DNA of 64,000 bases. It comes from the human T2T-CHM13v2.0 reference genome, Homo sapiens. Shown one piece after another: positions 47,395-64,000 of this stretch. Location: NCBI RefSeq assembly GCF_009914755.1, contig NC_060927.1, one strand, 5' to 3'. The notes under the pieces are model-generated. The model was not told where the DNA came from, made no database searches, and was given only the letters and a program-made list of their open reading frames with translations. The position numbers and the translations under genes are program-made. The stretch's first letter is position 1. The number at the start of each line of letters is the position of its first letter.

Positions 47395-47691
47395 GTTTTG
47401 TTTTGTTTTGAGACAGAGTCTTGTTCTGTCACCCTGGCTGGAGTGCAGTGGCACGATCTTGACTCACGGCAACCTCCACCTCCTGGGTTCATGCAATTCT
47501 CATGCCTCAGCCTCCCCAGTAACTGAGATTACAGGTGCGCACCACTGCACCCAGCTAATTTTTGTATTTTTGGTAGAGACAGAGTTTTGCCATGTTGGCC
47601 AGGCTAATCTCAAACTCCTGATCTCAGGTGATCTGCCCACCTCGGCCTCCCAAAATGCTGGGATTACAGGTGTGAACCACCACACCCAGCC
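47395..47691 (-). mobile_element. AluSx-like
   Basis: Full dimer; TSD tactagggctgtttt / tgctagggttttt. Confidence 0.92.
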
Positions 47692-48554
47692 ATGCTAGGG
47701 TTTTTTGAATGAATGTGAATTGTTTTGAAATAAAATATAATAGTTTAAGAATATCTCAGAATGTATATGAAGGGATTTTTCTAAAGAAGAGGATCCCTGA
47801 AATCAGATAGTAATTTGATTTTGTTGTTGTGGAAGTGACTGGCCATTTGCTAATTGTCCAAATTGCTTGGTCGTGTTGTCAGTATGAAGTTAGTTTTTTA
47901 ATTTGGATATTAAGGACATTTGCCTGCTCCTCACCTTTATTTCAGAAGCCCTCCTTTTCATTGGCCATTCTTTAAACTAGGAGATAAGCTACAGATTCCT
48001 ATTATAAGCTTTTATGATCTTTAACAGAAACACTGCATGCAACTAAATATCTAATCTACCAGCCTTCTCAAAAGCACATATCATGCCTTTGGGGTAAAAG
48101 AAAGTTAAGAAATTATCAGGAAAAATCAGTCAATGAGATCAGTTGAGATGACTCACAACAATCTCTTCCAATTCAAACTCCTCCCACCATATAGCTGCTG
48201 CCATTTTTAGCAGTGGATAATGTCGCCTTAATTCTGCAGATAATGTAAATCTTAACTTAGACAAAGTAAAGAAACAGAATTTAGCCAGGAAATGAGAAGA
48301 ATCAAAGATGTCATGACTGCTATCTTTAAATACCTAGAAGGTCTAGTAAGGTGGTGAATCCCCCAGCATTTATGTGAGAGTCCCAAGATCTAAAATTTAA
48401 AAAAAAGACAGTGAGTAGAAATTAATACATGGTTTGACTCATTATAGGGACCAACTTTCTATCAGACAAAATATTTCATTAACAGAATAGGCTGCCTCAG
48501 AAGTTAGTGAGTCACTGTCAGTGACAAGTAGGTAACCAATGCAATCAAAATAAA

Positions 48555-48870
48555 TTAAAAATATTTATTGGGTACTTACTTCAAGCTGGACACTGTTTAC
48601 GGCACTGGAGATGCAGGCAATGAGTATAGCAGAATTATTGATCCTAAGGGGACCCATAGAGCAATGGAGGAAGATAGACAAATGAGCAGATAACAATATA
48701 TTGTGACAAATGTTCCAGGACAGGTGGAGGTAATATACAATGGGAACACAGAGAAAGGAGTAATTAACTGAAGCCTCAAGAAAGGCTTCAGAGAGAAGGA
48801 GATATTTGAGCTCAATCTCAAAAGTGATTAGGTTTTGAAGAATATTGAAAGTACTCAAGTTTTGAGGGAG
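48555..48870 (-). mobile_element. L2
   Basis: atatttattgggtacttact...tgggaacacagaga...aaggcttcagagagaaggagatatttgagct. Confidence 0.75.
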
Positions 48871-49869
48871 TGGGTTACGAAGAAACTCGGAAGGGATTCT
48901 GTTGAGGAATTGGACTAACTAAATTTCCCCTTTCTTTCATATCAAAGATTCTATCGGTCTATAGGTTGAAGAACATCTATTTTAAAAATGCCATCCTCTC
49001 TTCCCCAGGAACATGGAACAATTAGAAGTAGAATGTTTCCTAGTATGTGCCCTTAGAGAAATCTACATAATGATGGGATTATGGTGTTTGTCAATCAGCA
49101 TAAGGTTTGGCAGTATGGCTTTTTCTCAATGTGGGGAGGGTCCTCAGAATGACTTGTTCTGGTAAGTAGTTCCTCAGCAACTCCCCCACACTTTTCATTT
49201 GCCCAGCAAGTCCATTCATGGTGGATGGTACTATGGCAAATTTCAGCCTATTGAAATGATCATACATTCAATATTTGTGGTATTCAAGCCTCTGAAATTT
49301 CATGGTGATATCTCTTGCTCTCCATTCCATAGACGGAGCTTTGGCCACGGAGAAGGTAAATGTCCTCCACATGGGGCTTACTACTGGACTACAATTTATT
49401 TGAGCCTCATTTAGCAGACTCTCATGTATATGATTAACACATAACCCTTTGAAAATGCAAACAGTTTTTACCTTTAATTTTTTTTTTACATCAACCATAA
49501 TCTTCCTGGCTGACACTAAGAGGTTGGGTAAAGAAGATTGGAGATTTTCATTTATTTGTTTGTTTTATTTGCCTATGAACTTCTCCAGCTGGTTTCCTGC
49601 CTCCTGCAGGAACCTCTTGGACACCTAAACTGGCAAGTTAATTTTAGATATTAGCTTCATGTCTCTCATTAGTAAAATTGGGTTTAAAATAATTAATTCT
49701 AGGAATCCTGACGCTACAGTCATTAAACCACCAACATGCAGGATATAAAAAAGGCAAGCACACTGTTGGAGCTGAGATTCTATTCATCTGGTTTTTTTGA
49801 ACTAAGTTCACCATTTTTACTTGAAATAAAACCACTTTTCAACCTATATTCACATTCACATAAATTCCT

Positions 49870-50352
49870 ATAAATGAATGTATACAACAATTTTATTCAT
49901 AATTGACCCAAACTAGAAATAACCCAAATGTCTGTTAATTGGTGAGTGGTTAAACAAACTGGAAAATGCATACAACCAGTTTCTTCTCAACAATAAAAGG
50001 CAATGATCTACTGATACACATAACAAAACAGATAAATTTTCAATGCATTATGTTAAGTGCAGGAAACTACACTCAAAAAGTTACCTATCCTATGATGCCA
50101 TTTTTATGGTGTTTTAGGAACGGAAAAAATACTGGCCTTCAATATAGACCATTGGTTGCCAGGAACTGGGGGCGAGGAGAAGCATTGATCACAGAGGGGT
50201 AAGAAGCAATATTTTGGGGTAATGCAACTGTTCTAGATCTTGATTATGGTGGTTACATTGACTATACACATTTGTCAAAAATCAGAGAATTCAATGCTAA
50301 AAAGGATGAAATTTATTGTATGTAAATTACACTTCAATAAACTTGATTTAAA
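49870..50352 (+). mobile_element. L1ME/MB-type 3' end
   Basis: aaactagaaataacccaaatgtc...gatcttgattatggtggttaca...catttgtcaaaa...tgtatgtaaattacacttcaataaa. Confidence 0.8.
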
Positions 50353-50759
50353 ACAACAACAATAAAAACAAAGGAAAAACCACTTCCTCCCTTTTACCAG
50401 GACTTCAGGATATAAAGTTTCCCATATTTCTTTTCTCCACACGTGTTCACCTGCTTTTGACCCATCCAACTTCCCAATGTTGTCCTCCATTTTCTATGCT
50501 GTGCTTTAGACTCCATGTTCGTTGCGCACTGGCCTTGTCTACCATGCTTCCACTCTGCTTAATGTCTTCTTCTCATTTCTCAGCAATCTTCCAGTGTCTA
50601 AATCCTACCCATTTTTAAAGGCAAATCCAAATGCAACTTTCTGCCTGATGAGAAGTCTTCTCTACTTACGCTGGCTGAGAGAGGTTCAGCCCCAATGCAT
50701 ACCCTTTTCACTGCTGTGTTTTTATCTTATCTCCTGCACAAAGTAACAAACATCAGAAT

Positions 50760-51140
50760 TCTTTTTAAAAAGTATTTATTATTTTACTTAAAATAATAAA
50801 CACATTACATGTTAAATAAATAACATATTTTTTGAAAAATAACAATTTTTCTAAACCAAAACAGATACAGTGAGAAGAGTGATGCTGTTTTATATTTTTG
50901 CAGTTATCTCTTCAATGTCTGGCTTGAGGACTGCTTGATTCTCCCAGCTGCTGCTGTGTTCAGTCTGTTGCAAAATCACATGTCATGTAGCCTCTGGAAA
51001 ACTCCACTGTACATTCATGATAGAATGAGTTTGAAAGAGGCAAATAATGTGTCAGTGCTATCATGAAATTAGTTAACCTTCTGATAGGATTCCAGAGATT
51101 TAGGGAGGTTCCAAGACAAAACTTTGAGAAGTGCTGCTGA
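50760..51140. mobile_element. Charlie1-type hAT transposon terminal fragment
   Basis: agtgagaagagtgatgctgttttatatttttgca...atcacatgtcatgtagcctctggaaaactccactgtaca...actttgagaagtgctg. Confidence 0.8.
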
Positions 51141-51607
51141 AGACCATCTTCTTTTTTTAATTAATAAACTTTATTTTTCTGAGCAGTTTTATGTTCAGAG
51201 CAAATGTGGGCAAAAAATAGAGTGCTCCCATGTACTGCCTGTTCTCCCCACTCCCCCAACACACATACCCACACAACCTCCCCAGCTATCAACATCCCGC
51301 ACCAAAGTGGTACATTTATTATAATCTGTAGACCTATATTGACACATCATTATTATGCAAACTTCACAGTTTGCATTAGATTTCACTCTTGCTGTTGTAC
51401 ATTTTATTCCATGGGTTTTGACAAAGATACGATGACATGCATTCACCATCACAGTATCATACAGAATGGGTTCATTGTCCTAAAAATCCTTTTTGCTCTG
51501 CCTATTTATTTCTTCCTTCCCTTTCACTCCTGGAAATCACTGCTTCTTTTACTATCCCCATGGTTTTACCTTTTCCAGAAAGTCATATAACTGGAATCAT
51601 ATAGTAG

Positions 51608-51992
<385 letters not shown>

Positions 51993-53929
51993 AGCTCATT
52001 TCTTTTCAGCACCGAAGAATAGTCCGTTATCTTTATGCACCATATATATTTTTTTTGTCCATTCGTCTACTGGTTATTTCCAAGTTTTGGCTGTCATGAA
52101 TAAAGCTTCTGCAAACATTGATGTGCAGGTTTTTGTGTGGACATAAATTTTCGATTCACTTTGGTAAATACCAAGTGCACAATTCTTAGATTATATGGTA
52201 AAAGTATGTTTTGTTTCATAAGAAACTACTAAACTGTCTCAAGTGGCTGCATCGTTTTGCATTCCCATCAGCAATAAACAAAAGTTCCTCCGGCTCCACA
52301 TCCTCACCAGTGATCAGTATTTTCAGTGCTTTGGATTTTGGCCATTCTAATAGGCATGTAGTGGGTATCTCATTATTATTTTAATTAGCAATTCACTAAT
52401 TGCACATGATGTTGTAAATCTTTTCATAGGCTTACTTGTCATATGTATATCTTCTTTGATGAGGTGTCTGTTTAGGTCTTTTGCCTGTGTTTTTAATAAG
52501 GTTGCCCATTTTCTTATTGTTGAATTTCAAGACTCCTCTTTATGTTTTAGATAACAGTCTTTTTCTGAGATGTGTCTTATGCAAATATTTTCTCTCAGTC
52601 TGTGGCTTGTCTCATTCTCTTGACATTGTCTTTTGCAGAGCATAAGTTTTTAATTTTAATGAAGTCCACTTTATCAATTATTTCTTTCAAGGACCATGCT
52701 TTTGTGGTTATATCTGAAAAGTCATCATGGGACCCAAGATCATTTAGGTTTTCTCCTATGTTATCTTTAAAAAGCTTTATAGTTTTGCATTTTCTGTTTA
52801 GACCTATGATCCATTTTGTGGATCATAATTTTTGTGATGGGTATAAAGTTTGTATCTAGATTCTTTTTGTATATGGATGCCCAGTTATTCCAACACCATT
52901 TGTTGAAAAGACTATCTTTGCAGCACTGTGTTTCCTTTCCTCCTTTGACATAGATAAGTTAACTATATTTGTGTGGATCTATTTCTGGGCTTCTTTTTCT
53001 GTTCCACTGATTTATTTGTCTATTCTTTTGCCAATATCACACTGCCTTGATTAGTGTAGCTTTATAGTAAGTCTTGAAGTCTGGTAGTGTCTGTCTTCTG
53101 ACTTTCTTCTTCCCCTTCAATATTGAGTTGGTTATACTGGGCCTTTCGCCTCTTTATATAAACTTTAGGATCAGTTTGCCGATATTCTTGCTGATACTTT
53201 TATAGGGATCAAGTTGGAAAGAATTGAAATCTTGACACTGTTGTTTTCCTATCCATGAATACAGAATATCTCTTCATTGATGTGTTCTTTGATATCTTTC
53301 AACAGAGTTTTGCAGTTTTCCTCTTGCACATACTTGTTAGATTTATACCTAAGTACATCACTTTTGGATTGCTAATGTAAATGGTAATGTGTTTTTAATT
53401 TCAAATTCCACTTGTTCATTTCCAGTGTTTAGGAAAGCAATTTACTTTTGTGTATTAACCATGCGTCCTGCAGCAGTGCTATAATTACTTATTAGTTCTA
53501 GGAGGGTATTCTTTGTCATTTTTTAAGGATTTTCATGTAGATAATTACGTCATTTGTTTCTGTGAAAAAAGACAGTCGTATTTCTTCCTTCCAAATTTGT
53601 ATCCCTTTTGTTTCCTTTTCTTGTCTTATTGCATTAGTGAGGACTTCCAGTATGATGTTGAAAACCAGTGATGAAAAGGTACATCCTTGCCTTGTTCCTG
53701 TTTTTAGTAGGAAAGCTTTGAGTTTCTCACTGTTAAGTATGATTTTAACTGTAGGTATTTTTGTAGATGCTCTTTATCAAGTGAAGAAGTTTCCCCGGAT
53801 TCCTATTTTGCTGAGAGTTTTTATCATGGATGAGTGCTGGGTTTTGTCAAAGGCTTTTTCTGCATCTGGTCATATAATCATGCGATTTTTCTTCTTTAGC
53901 CTCTTGATGTGATTAATTGCATTAATTGA

Positions 53930-54233
<304 letters not shown>

Positions 54234-54561
54234 TCCATTAATTGATTTTTAAATGTTTAACCAGCCTTACATACCTGGGATAAATCCCATTTGGTTTTGG
54301 TTTATACTTTTTTAATACATTGTTGGATTCAATTTGCTAATATTTTGTTGAGCATTTTTTCATCAATGTTCATGAGAGATATTGGTCTGTAGTTTACTTC
54401 TTTATATGTAATGTCTTTTTCTGGTTTTGGTATTAGGATAATGCTGGCCTCATAGAATGAGTTAGGAAGTATTCCCTTTCCTTTTATCTTCTAGAAGAGA
54501 TTGTGGAAAATTGGTATAATTTCTTTTTTAGAAAAATCACCAGTGAATCCATCTGGGACTT

Positions 54562-54800
54562 AAAACAAATTTTTGAGATAATTGTGGATTCACATACAGG
54601 TGTAAGAAATAATACAGAGAGATTCCATGTACCCTTTATTCAGTTTCTCTCCATGGTAACATCTTGCTTACTGGTTCAATATCACAACTAAGCTATCACA
54701 TAGATATAATCTATGTATCTTATTCAGATTTCCTTAGTTTTACTTGTACCCATGTGTACACAGATATAAGTAGTTCTGTACAATTTTCTCATGTCAATAG
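54562..54800 (-). mobile_element. L1MC/MD-type 3' end
   Basis: ttttgagataattgtggattcacatacag.tgtaagaaataatacagagagattccatgtacccttta. Confidence 0.75.
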
Positions 54801-56002
54801 AAATATGGGTTTCTTACCCACCACTATACTCTGGATACAGGAAAGTCCAGATTCCCCCCTAGTCTTTTTTTTTTCTTTTGGCAGCAGTCTGGTTACTACA
54901 TTGCTAAGTGACAGAATCTCAGTAAATATTTATCAACACATTTTCTTAGGGGATTTCATTTGTTGCAACCCAGTGATGATTACTAAGATTCTCTTTGTTT
55001 TGCTGTCCCTAGAACTGGCCCCACAGGCCATCGCAAAGCACTGTAATTGATGGGCTTTTTTCTGCATCAGAGTTGCTAAATTCAGCATCTTGTACAGGTC
55101 ATGTATATGTCACATTTTAACATTAGGGGCTGGTGAACATGACACAACTCCCTTCCTCAGGTGAGAGATGACCTATCTGCAGTTATAGGGCTGAGGGATG
55201 GTACTTCACATCTACAGGATAAGTATTGTATTCAACCTGATTTCAGAGTCTAAGATATGGCTGTGTCTATACTGTACCTTGGTGGTTTGGGAGGAAAAGT
55301 GCCATGCAATATAACTGATTTATTCATTAAAAAAGTTTTGAGAGATGGTTATGTGTCATCCTTAGTAGGGAAACAAAGAAGAATTGAACAAAGATTTTGA
55401 CCTAAAGGTACTTGTGTACTAGCCAAAGAGATATGACATATAAATATAATTAGTCTTCTTTCTCACCACTTCTCTTCACAGCCCTATGCCCTAGCCAGGC
55501 AAATGGCCCATTCACTAGCGGCTAAACCTCACATAATTTCCCTGCCTCTGCTTTGATTCATAGATTTCCTCTGATTGGCCCCCTTTTACCTCTCCTTGTC
55601 ATTTCTTTCCCAAAACCAATCTCACATTCAAACTCCTCCATAAAGACTTTCCTGATACCCCCACAACAGGAGGTGTTTTTTCTCCCCTCTAAAATCCTTC
55701 CTATTGGGTCTAAAATGTCATATTTTGTATTTGAGTTAGTTATACCTATGCCTGAGCTTCCCTGAGAAGACATGAGCTTTGAAGGCAGGATCTACGTCTG
55801 TGAAGCTGTGGATCCGATCATGTCGCCCCAGTATAATCAAGTGCAATAATATTCTGTTACAGTATAATTCATTTCCATAACAAGCATTATTCCAATCTCC
55901 CCATCTACCTCTCTGCATATGAAAATTAAGATGTAATTATGTTATGAACATTTGTTATGGACCCTGGAAAATATGAGCTAAAGTACAGAACACTATATAT
56001 AT

Positions 56003-56185
56003 TTTTTAAACTTTTATTTTAGGTTCAGAGGCACATGTGCAGGTTTGTTATTTGGGTAAACTTGTGTCACAAGGGTTTGTTGTACAGATTATTTTGTCAC
56101 CCAGGCACTAAGCCCAGTACTCAATAGTCATTTTTTCTGCTCCTCTCCCTCCTCCTACCCTTCACCCTCAGGTAGGCCCAAGTGT
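56003..56185 (-). mobile_element. Short L1PA13-16-type 3' end
   Basis: aacttttattttaggttcagagg.acatgtgcaggtttgtta...tgtacagattattttgtcacccagg. Confidence 0.85.
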
Positions 56186-57724
56186 ACATTATATTCTTAG
56201 GTTTCCTTTCTAATATTGGTTTTATGATCCTCAGGCCTGCAAGCATTCCCAGATTTCCTGGAGCAAAGATTATCCTCCTAGTTTCTAAACAAAATTCCCC
56301 AAGGAATGGAGAGATTTGGTAATATTCTGCTATGGAATGTCAGAGCTGGAAGATACTTTAGGGATCATCTAGTTCAAACAATTTGTTTTGAATATGACAC
56401 TGTCTTGGAAGCTTGTCTGAGGTCACAAGGCGATTCAAGGGCCAAGTCAGACTAGAAAACAGGTCTCCTGGTGGTCACTATAATGTCTCTCTCTATAAAC
56501 ATAAGGCCATGCTGCCCCTGATCTTGCTCAGCATCTGTCTGAAGGTTTTCCCTGAAATGATCCTGGATGAGTGCAAACATCACAAGGACCCACCAGAAGC
56601 TTTACTGAGACCATTTGGATGGCCTTCCATGACATTGAAGAACTCTGTAATGATGGAAGTAGCTGGACATAATATGTCCCCAAGAGTCCCAAAAGAAACA
56701 TATGGTGACTGACACAAGACTACGTCCAAAGACGGCAGCCAGAGCTGATAGGGGGAGATGTCTTTAGAACTGCAGACTCCTGGAGCCGGGGAGAACCTTG
56801 GAGAGCATCTAAAATAGAAAGCAGCACTTCAGCATGCAGGAGAGGTCTTGCCTTCTAGAAGTGACCCTGCTACTTACAGCCATGTAACCCTAGGCAAGAC
56901 ACTCCCCATCTCCAGTACTCAGTTACCAAGCATATCAAATAAACAGGTTGGGTTAGATAATACTAAGGTATTATCTAATACTTTCGGATATCTGGTACTA
57001 TCTGATAGTTTTTTGTTCTGCAAAATACTACATTTCCTACTTTGACAGATGGGGAAATGAAGGCTTAAAGAGGTCTGATACCTTGCCTTAGGTTATAAAG
57101 TGAGTTGGTGGCACAGTGGTGACCAGAGGCCTGGCCAGCATTTTATCCACTGCCCCACATGGCCAGAATCATCTCATCCCCTGCCCTGTGGCCTTGTAGT
57201 AGATTGTGCAATTGCTCTCACAGGGCTGTTGCAATTGACCTCTTCTCTATCTCTGGGGACTGCTGGCAGCATTCAGAGAGCTACCGGAGAGGGGTCTGAG
57301 CTGTCTCTGTCCTGGAAGTGGAGCATGGGTCAGGCAGCTCTTTCTTCTCTCTCTCTGTTGAAATGAAACCGAAACAAAACTTCTTAATTTGGAGGCAGAG
57401 GGGCCAGAAAGGAGATGCTCCTCATCCTCTGCAAAGCCCAGCATCTCTTTCCCTTCTTTAGGGGATAGAGAAGTCTCCTGCCTGAGTCTCTGCAGAATGA
57501 AGCCAGATGACGAGTTAGAACCTGAGCAAAGTGGCATGACCCGGGAAAAGCAATACCTGGACATGGTGCAGAAAGACTTCAATCAGCATGGTACACAGAC
57601 TTACTTTCTGTGTGACCTTCAGTCACATCTGATCCCATCCATAAACAGGGAAGAGGCAAACAGAAAAAAAAAAAAAGGAATGGTGTTATTTCAAACTAAT
57701 ATTACATTTAAGACTTACAATCTT

Positions 57725-58611
57725 GGGGGGAGGAGCCAAGATGGCCGAATAGGAACAGCTCCGGTCTACAGCTCCCAGCGTGAGCGACGCAGAAGACGGG
57801 TGATTTCTGCATTTCCATCTGAGGTACCGGGTTCATCTCACTAGGGAGTGCCAGACAGTGGGCGCAGGTCAGTGGGTGCGCGCACCGTGCGCGAGCCGAA
57901 GCAGGGCGAGGCATTGCCTCACACGGGAAGCGCAAGGGGTCAGGGAGTTCCCTTTCCGAGTCAAAGAAAGGGGTGACGGACGGCACCTGGAAAATCGGGT
58001 CACTCCCACCCGAATACTGCGCTTTATGCACCACGAGATTATATCCCACACCTGGCTTGGAGGGTCCTACCCCATGGAGTCTCGCTGATTGCTAGCACAG
58101 CGGTCTGAGATCAAACTGCAAGGCGGCAGCGAGGCTGGGGGAGGGGCGCCCGCCATTGCTGAGGCTTGCTTAGGTAAACAAAGCAGCCCAGAAGCTCCAA
58201 CTGGGCGGAGCCCACCACAGCTCAAGGAGGCCTGCCTGCCTCTGTAGGCTCCACCTCTGGGGGCGGGGCACAGACAAACAAAAAGACAGCAGTAACCTCT
58301 GCAGACTTAAATGTCCCTGTCTGACAGCTTTGAAGAGAGCAGTGGTTCTCCCAGCATGCAGCTGCAGATCTGAGAACAGGCAGACTGCCTCCTCAAGTGG
58401 GTCCCTGACCCCTGACCACCGAGCAGCCTAACTGGGAGGCACCCCCCTGCAGGGGCACACTGACACCTCACACGGCAGGGTATTCCAACAGACCTGCAGC
58501 TGAGGGTCCTGTCTGTTAGAAGGAAAACTAACAAACAGAAAGGACATCCACACCAAAAACCCATCTGTACATCACCATCATCAAAGACCAAAAGTAGATA
58601 AAACCACAAAG
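57725..58611. promoter_or_regulatory. L1 5'UTR sense and antisense promoter with intact YY1 site
   Basis: aagatggccg; CpG-rich; ORF0 ATG present (near 58154-58156, minus strand) but frameshifted to an early stop near 58067. Confidence 0.8.
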
Positions 58612-59628
58612 ATGGGGAAAAAACAGAACAGAAAAACTGGAAACTCTAAAACGCAGAGTGCCTCTCCTCCTCCAAAGGAACGCAGTTCCTCACCAGCAAC
58701 GGAACAAAGGTGGATGGAGAATGACTTTGACGAGCTGAGAGAAGAAGGCTTCAGACGATCAAATTACTCTGAGCTACGGGAGGACATTCAAACCAAAGGC
58801 AAAGAAGTTGAAAACTTTGAAAAAAATTTAGAAGAATGTCTAACTAGAATAACCAATACAGAGAAGTGCTTAAAGGAGCTGATGGAGCTGAAAACCAAGG
58901 CTCGAGAACTACATGAAGAATGCAGAAGCCTCAGGAGCCGATGCGATCAACTGGAAGAAAGGGTATCAGCGATGGAAGATGAAATGAATGAAATGAAGCG
59001 AGAAGGGAAGTTTAGAGAAAAAAGAATAAAAAGAAATGAGCAAAGCCTCCAAGAGATATGGGACTATGTGATAAGACCAAATCTACGTCTGACTGGTGTA
59101 CCTGAAAGTGATGGGGAGAATGGAACCAAGTTGGAAAACACTCTGCAGGATATTATCCAGGAGAACTTCCCCAATCTAGCAAGGCAGGCCAACGTTCAGA
59201 TTCAGGAAATATAGAGAACGCCACAAAGATACTACTCGAGAAGAGCAACTCCAGGACACATAATTGTCAGATTCACCAAAGTTGAAATGAAGGAAAAAAT
59301 GTTAAGGGCAGCCAGAGAGAAAGGTCGGGTTACCCTCAAAGGGAAGCCCATCAGACTAACAGCGGATCTCTCGGCAGAAACCCTACAAGCCAGAAGAGAG
59401 TGGGGGCCAATATTCAACATTCTTAAAGACAAGAATTTTCAACCCAGAATTTCATATCCAGCCAAACTAAGCTTCATAAGCGAAGGAGAAATAAAATACT
59501 TTACAGACAAGCAAATGCTGAGAGATTTTGTCAACACCAGGCCTGCCCTAAAAGAGCTCCTGAAGGAAGCGCTAAACATGGAAACGAACAACCGGTACCA
59601 GCCACTGGAAAATCATGCCAAAATGTAA
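58612..59628 (+). pseudogene. L1 ORF1p with premature stop (CAG>TAG at 59212-59214)
   Basis: 200-aa open N-terminal part, then in-frame continuation to ...ENHAKM. Confidence 0.95.
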
Positions 59629-59676
59629 AGACCATCGAGACTAGGAAGAAACTGCATCAACTAACAAGCAAAATAA

Positions 59677-63516
<3,840 letters not shown>

Positions 63517-64000
63517 ACAATGAGATCACATGGACACAGGAAGGGGAATATCACACTCTGGGGACTGTAGTGGGGTGAGGGGAGGGGGGAGGGATAGCAT
63601 TGGGAGATATACCTAATGCTAGATGACGAGTTAGTGGGTGTAATGCACCAGCATGGCACATGTATACATATGTAACTAACCTGCACAATGTGCACATGTA
63701 GAGTATAATAAAAAAAAAAGGCAAAACCATATTAGAAAAACAGAAAAGAAAAAGAAAAAAAAAAAAAAAGACTTAAAATCTCTCTTGGGGCCAGATACAG
63801 AAAGCATTTTCCTCACCTGTTTTCTTTTCAAAACAGTAGAAAAACTGTTTTTAAAGAAGGGCAATTAAAGTAGACTAGCCCTGAATGATTTTTCTAATTG
63901 TTACAGAAAATCTGATGGTTTTCTTACCTTGAAGTCATGTGTACTAGGTCTTCCAATTCTCTCTGAAGGGGAAGCCACATGGCTTCCTAGATCCTTAAGA

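Noticed and set aside
57389-57844. 151-aa ORF reading into the L1 5'UTR
   Set aside because: Non-ATG start, crosses a poly-A run and the insertion junction; no homology.
63695-63712. gagtataat suggesting the L1HS-Ta diagnostic G
   Set aside because: Lies at a deletion junction, so it is ambiguous; the upstream trinucleotide is GAG, not ACA.

Overview
Hominid (most likely human) non-coding DNA, intronic or intergenic, and dominated by repeats. I recognise no host protein-coding exon, tRNA, rRNA or CRISPR array, and every long ORF in the track comes from LINE-1 or Alu. The main elements are two full-length, same-strand L1PA2-type LINE-1s (29985-36023 and 57725-63769), both with disrupted ORFs. 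There are also two older L1PA7/8-type fragments, about 14 Alus or Alu fragments, a MER93-like solo LTR, an MLT1 LTR, hAT fossils with readable transposase motifs, and many L1M, L2 and MIR remnants. Three observations stand out. (1) The two full-length L1s share at least 18 non-consensus amino-acid changes but no disabling mutation, and they have different TSDs, which points to sibling or local retrotransposition or whole-element gene conversion. (2) An L1PA7/8 insertion is flanked by a duplication of about 220 bp, and each copy was later hit at the homologous nucleotide, by an Alu in one and a full-length L1 in the other. (3) Several short, locally templated patches sit at rearrangement junctions. 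Subfamily names and boundaries of old repeats come from recalled consensus sequences, were judged by eye and are approximate. I see no evidence for a new gene system.
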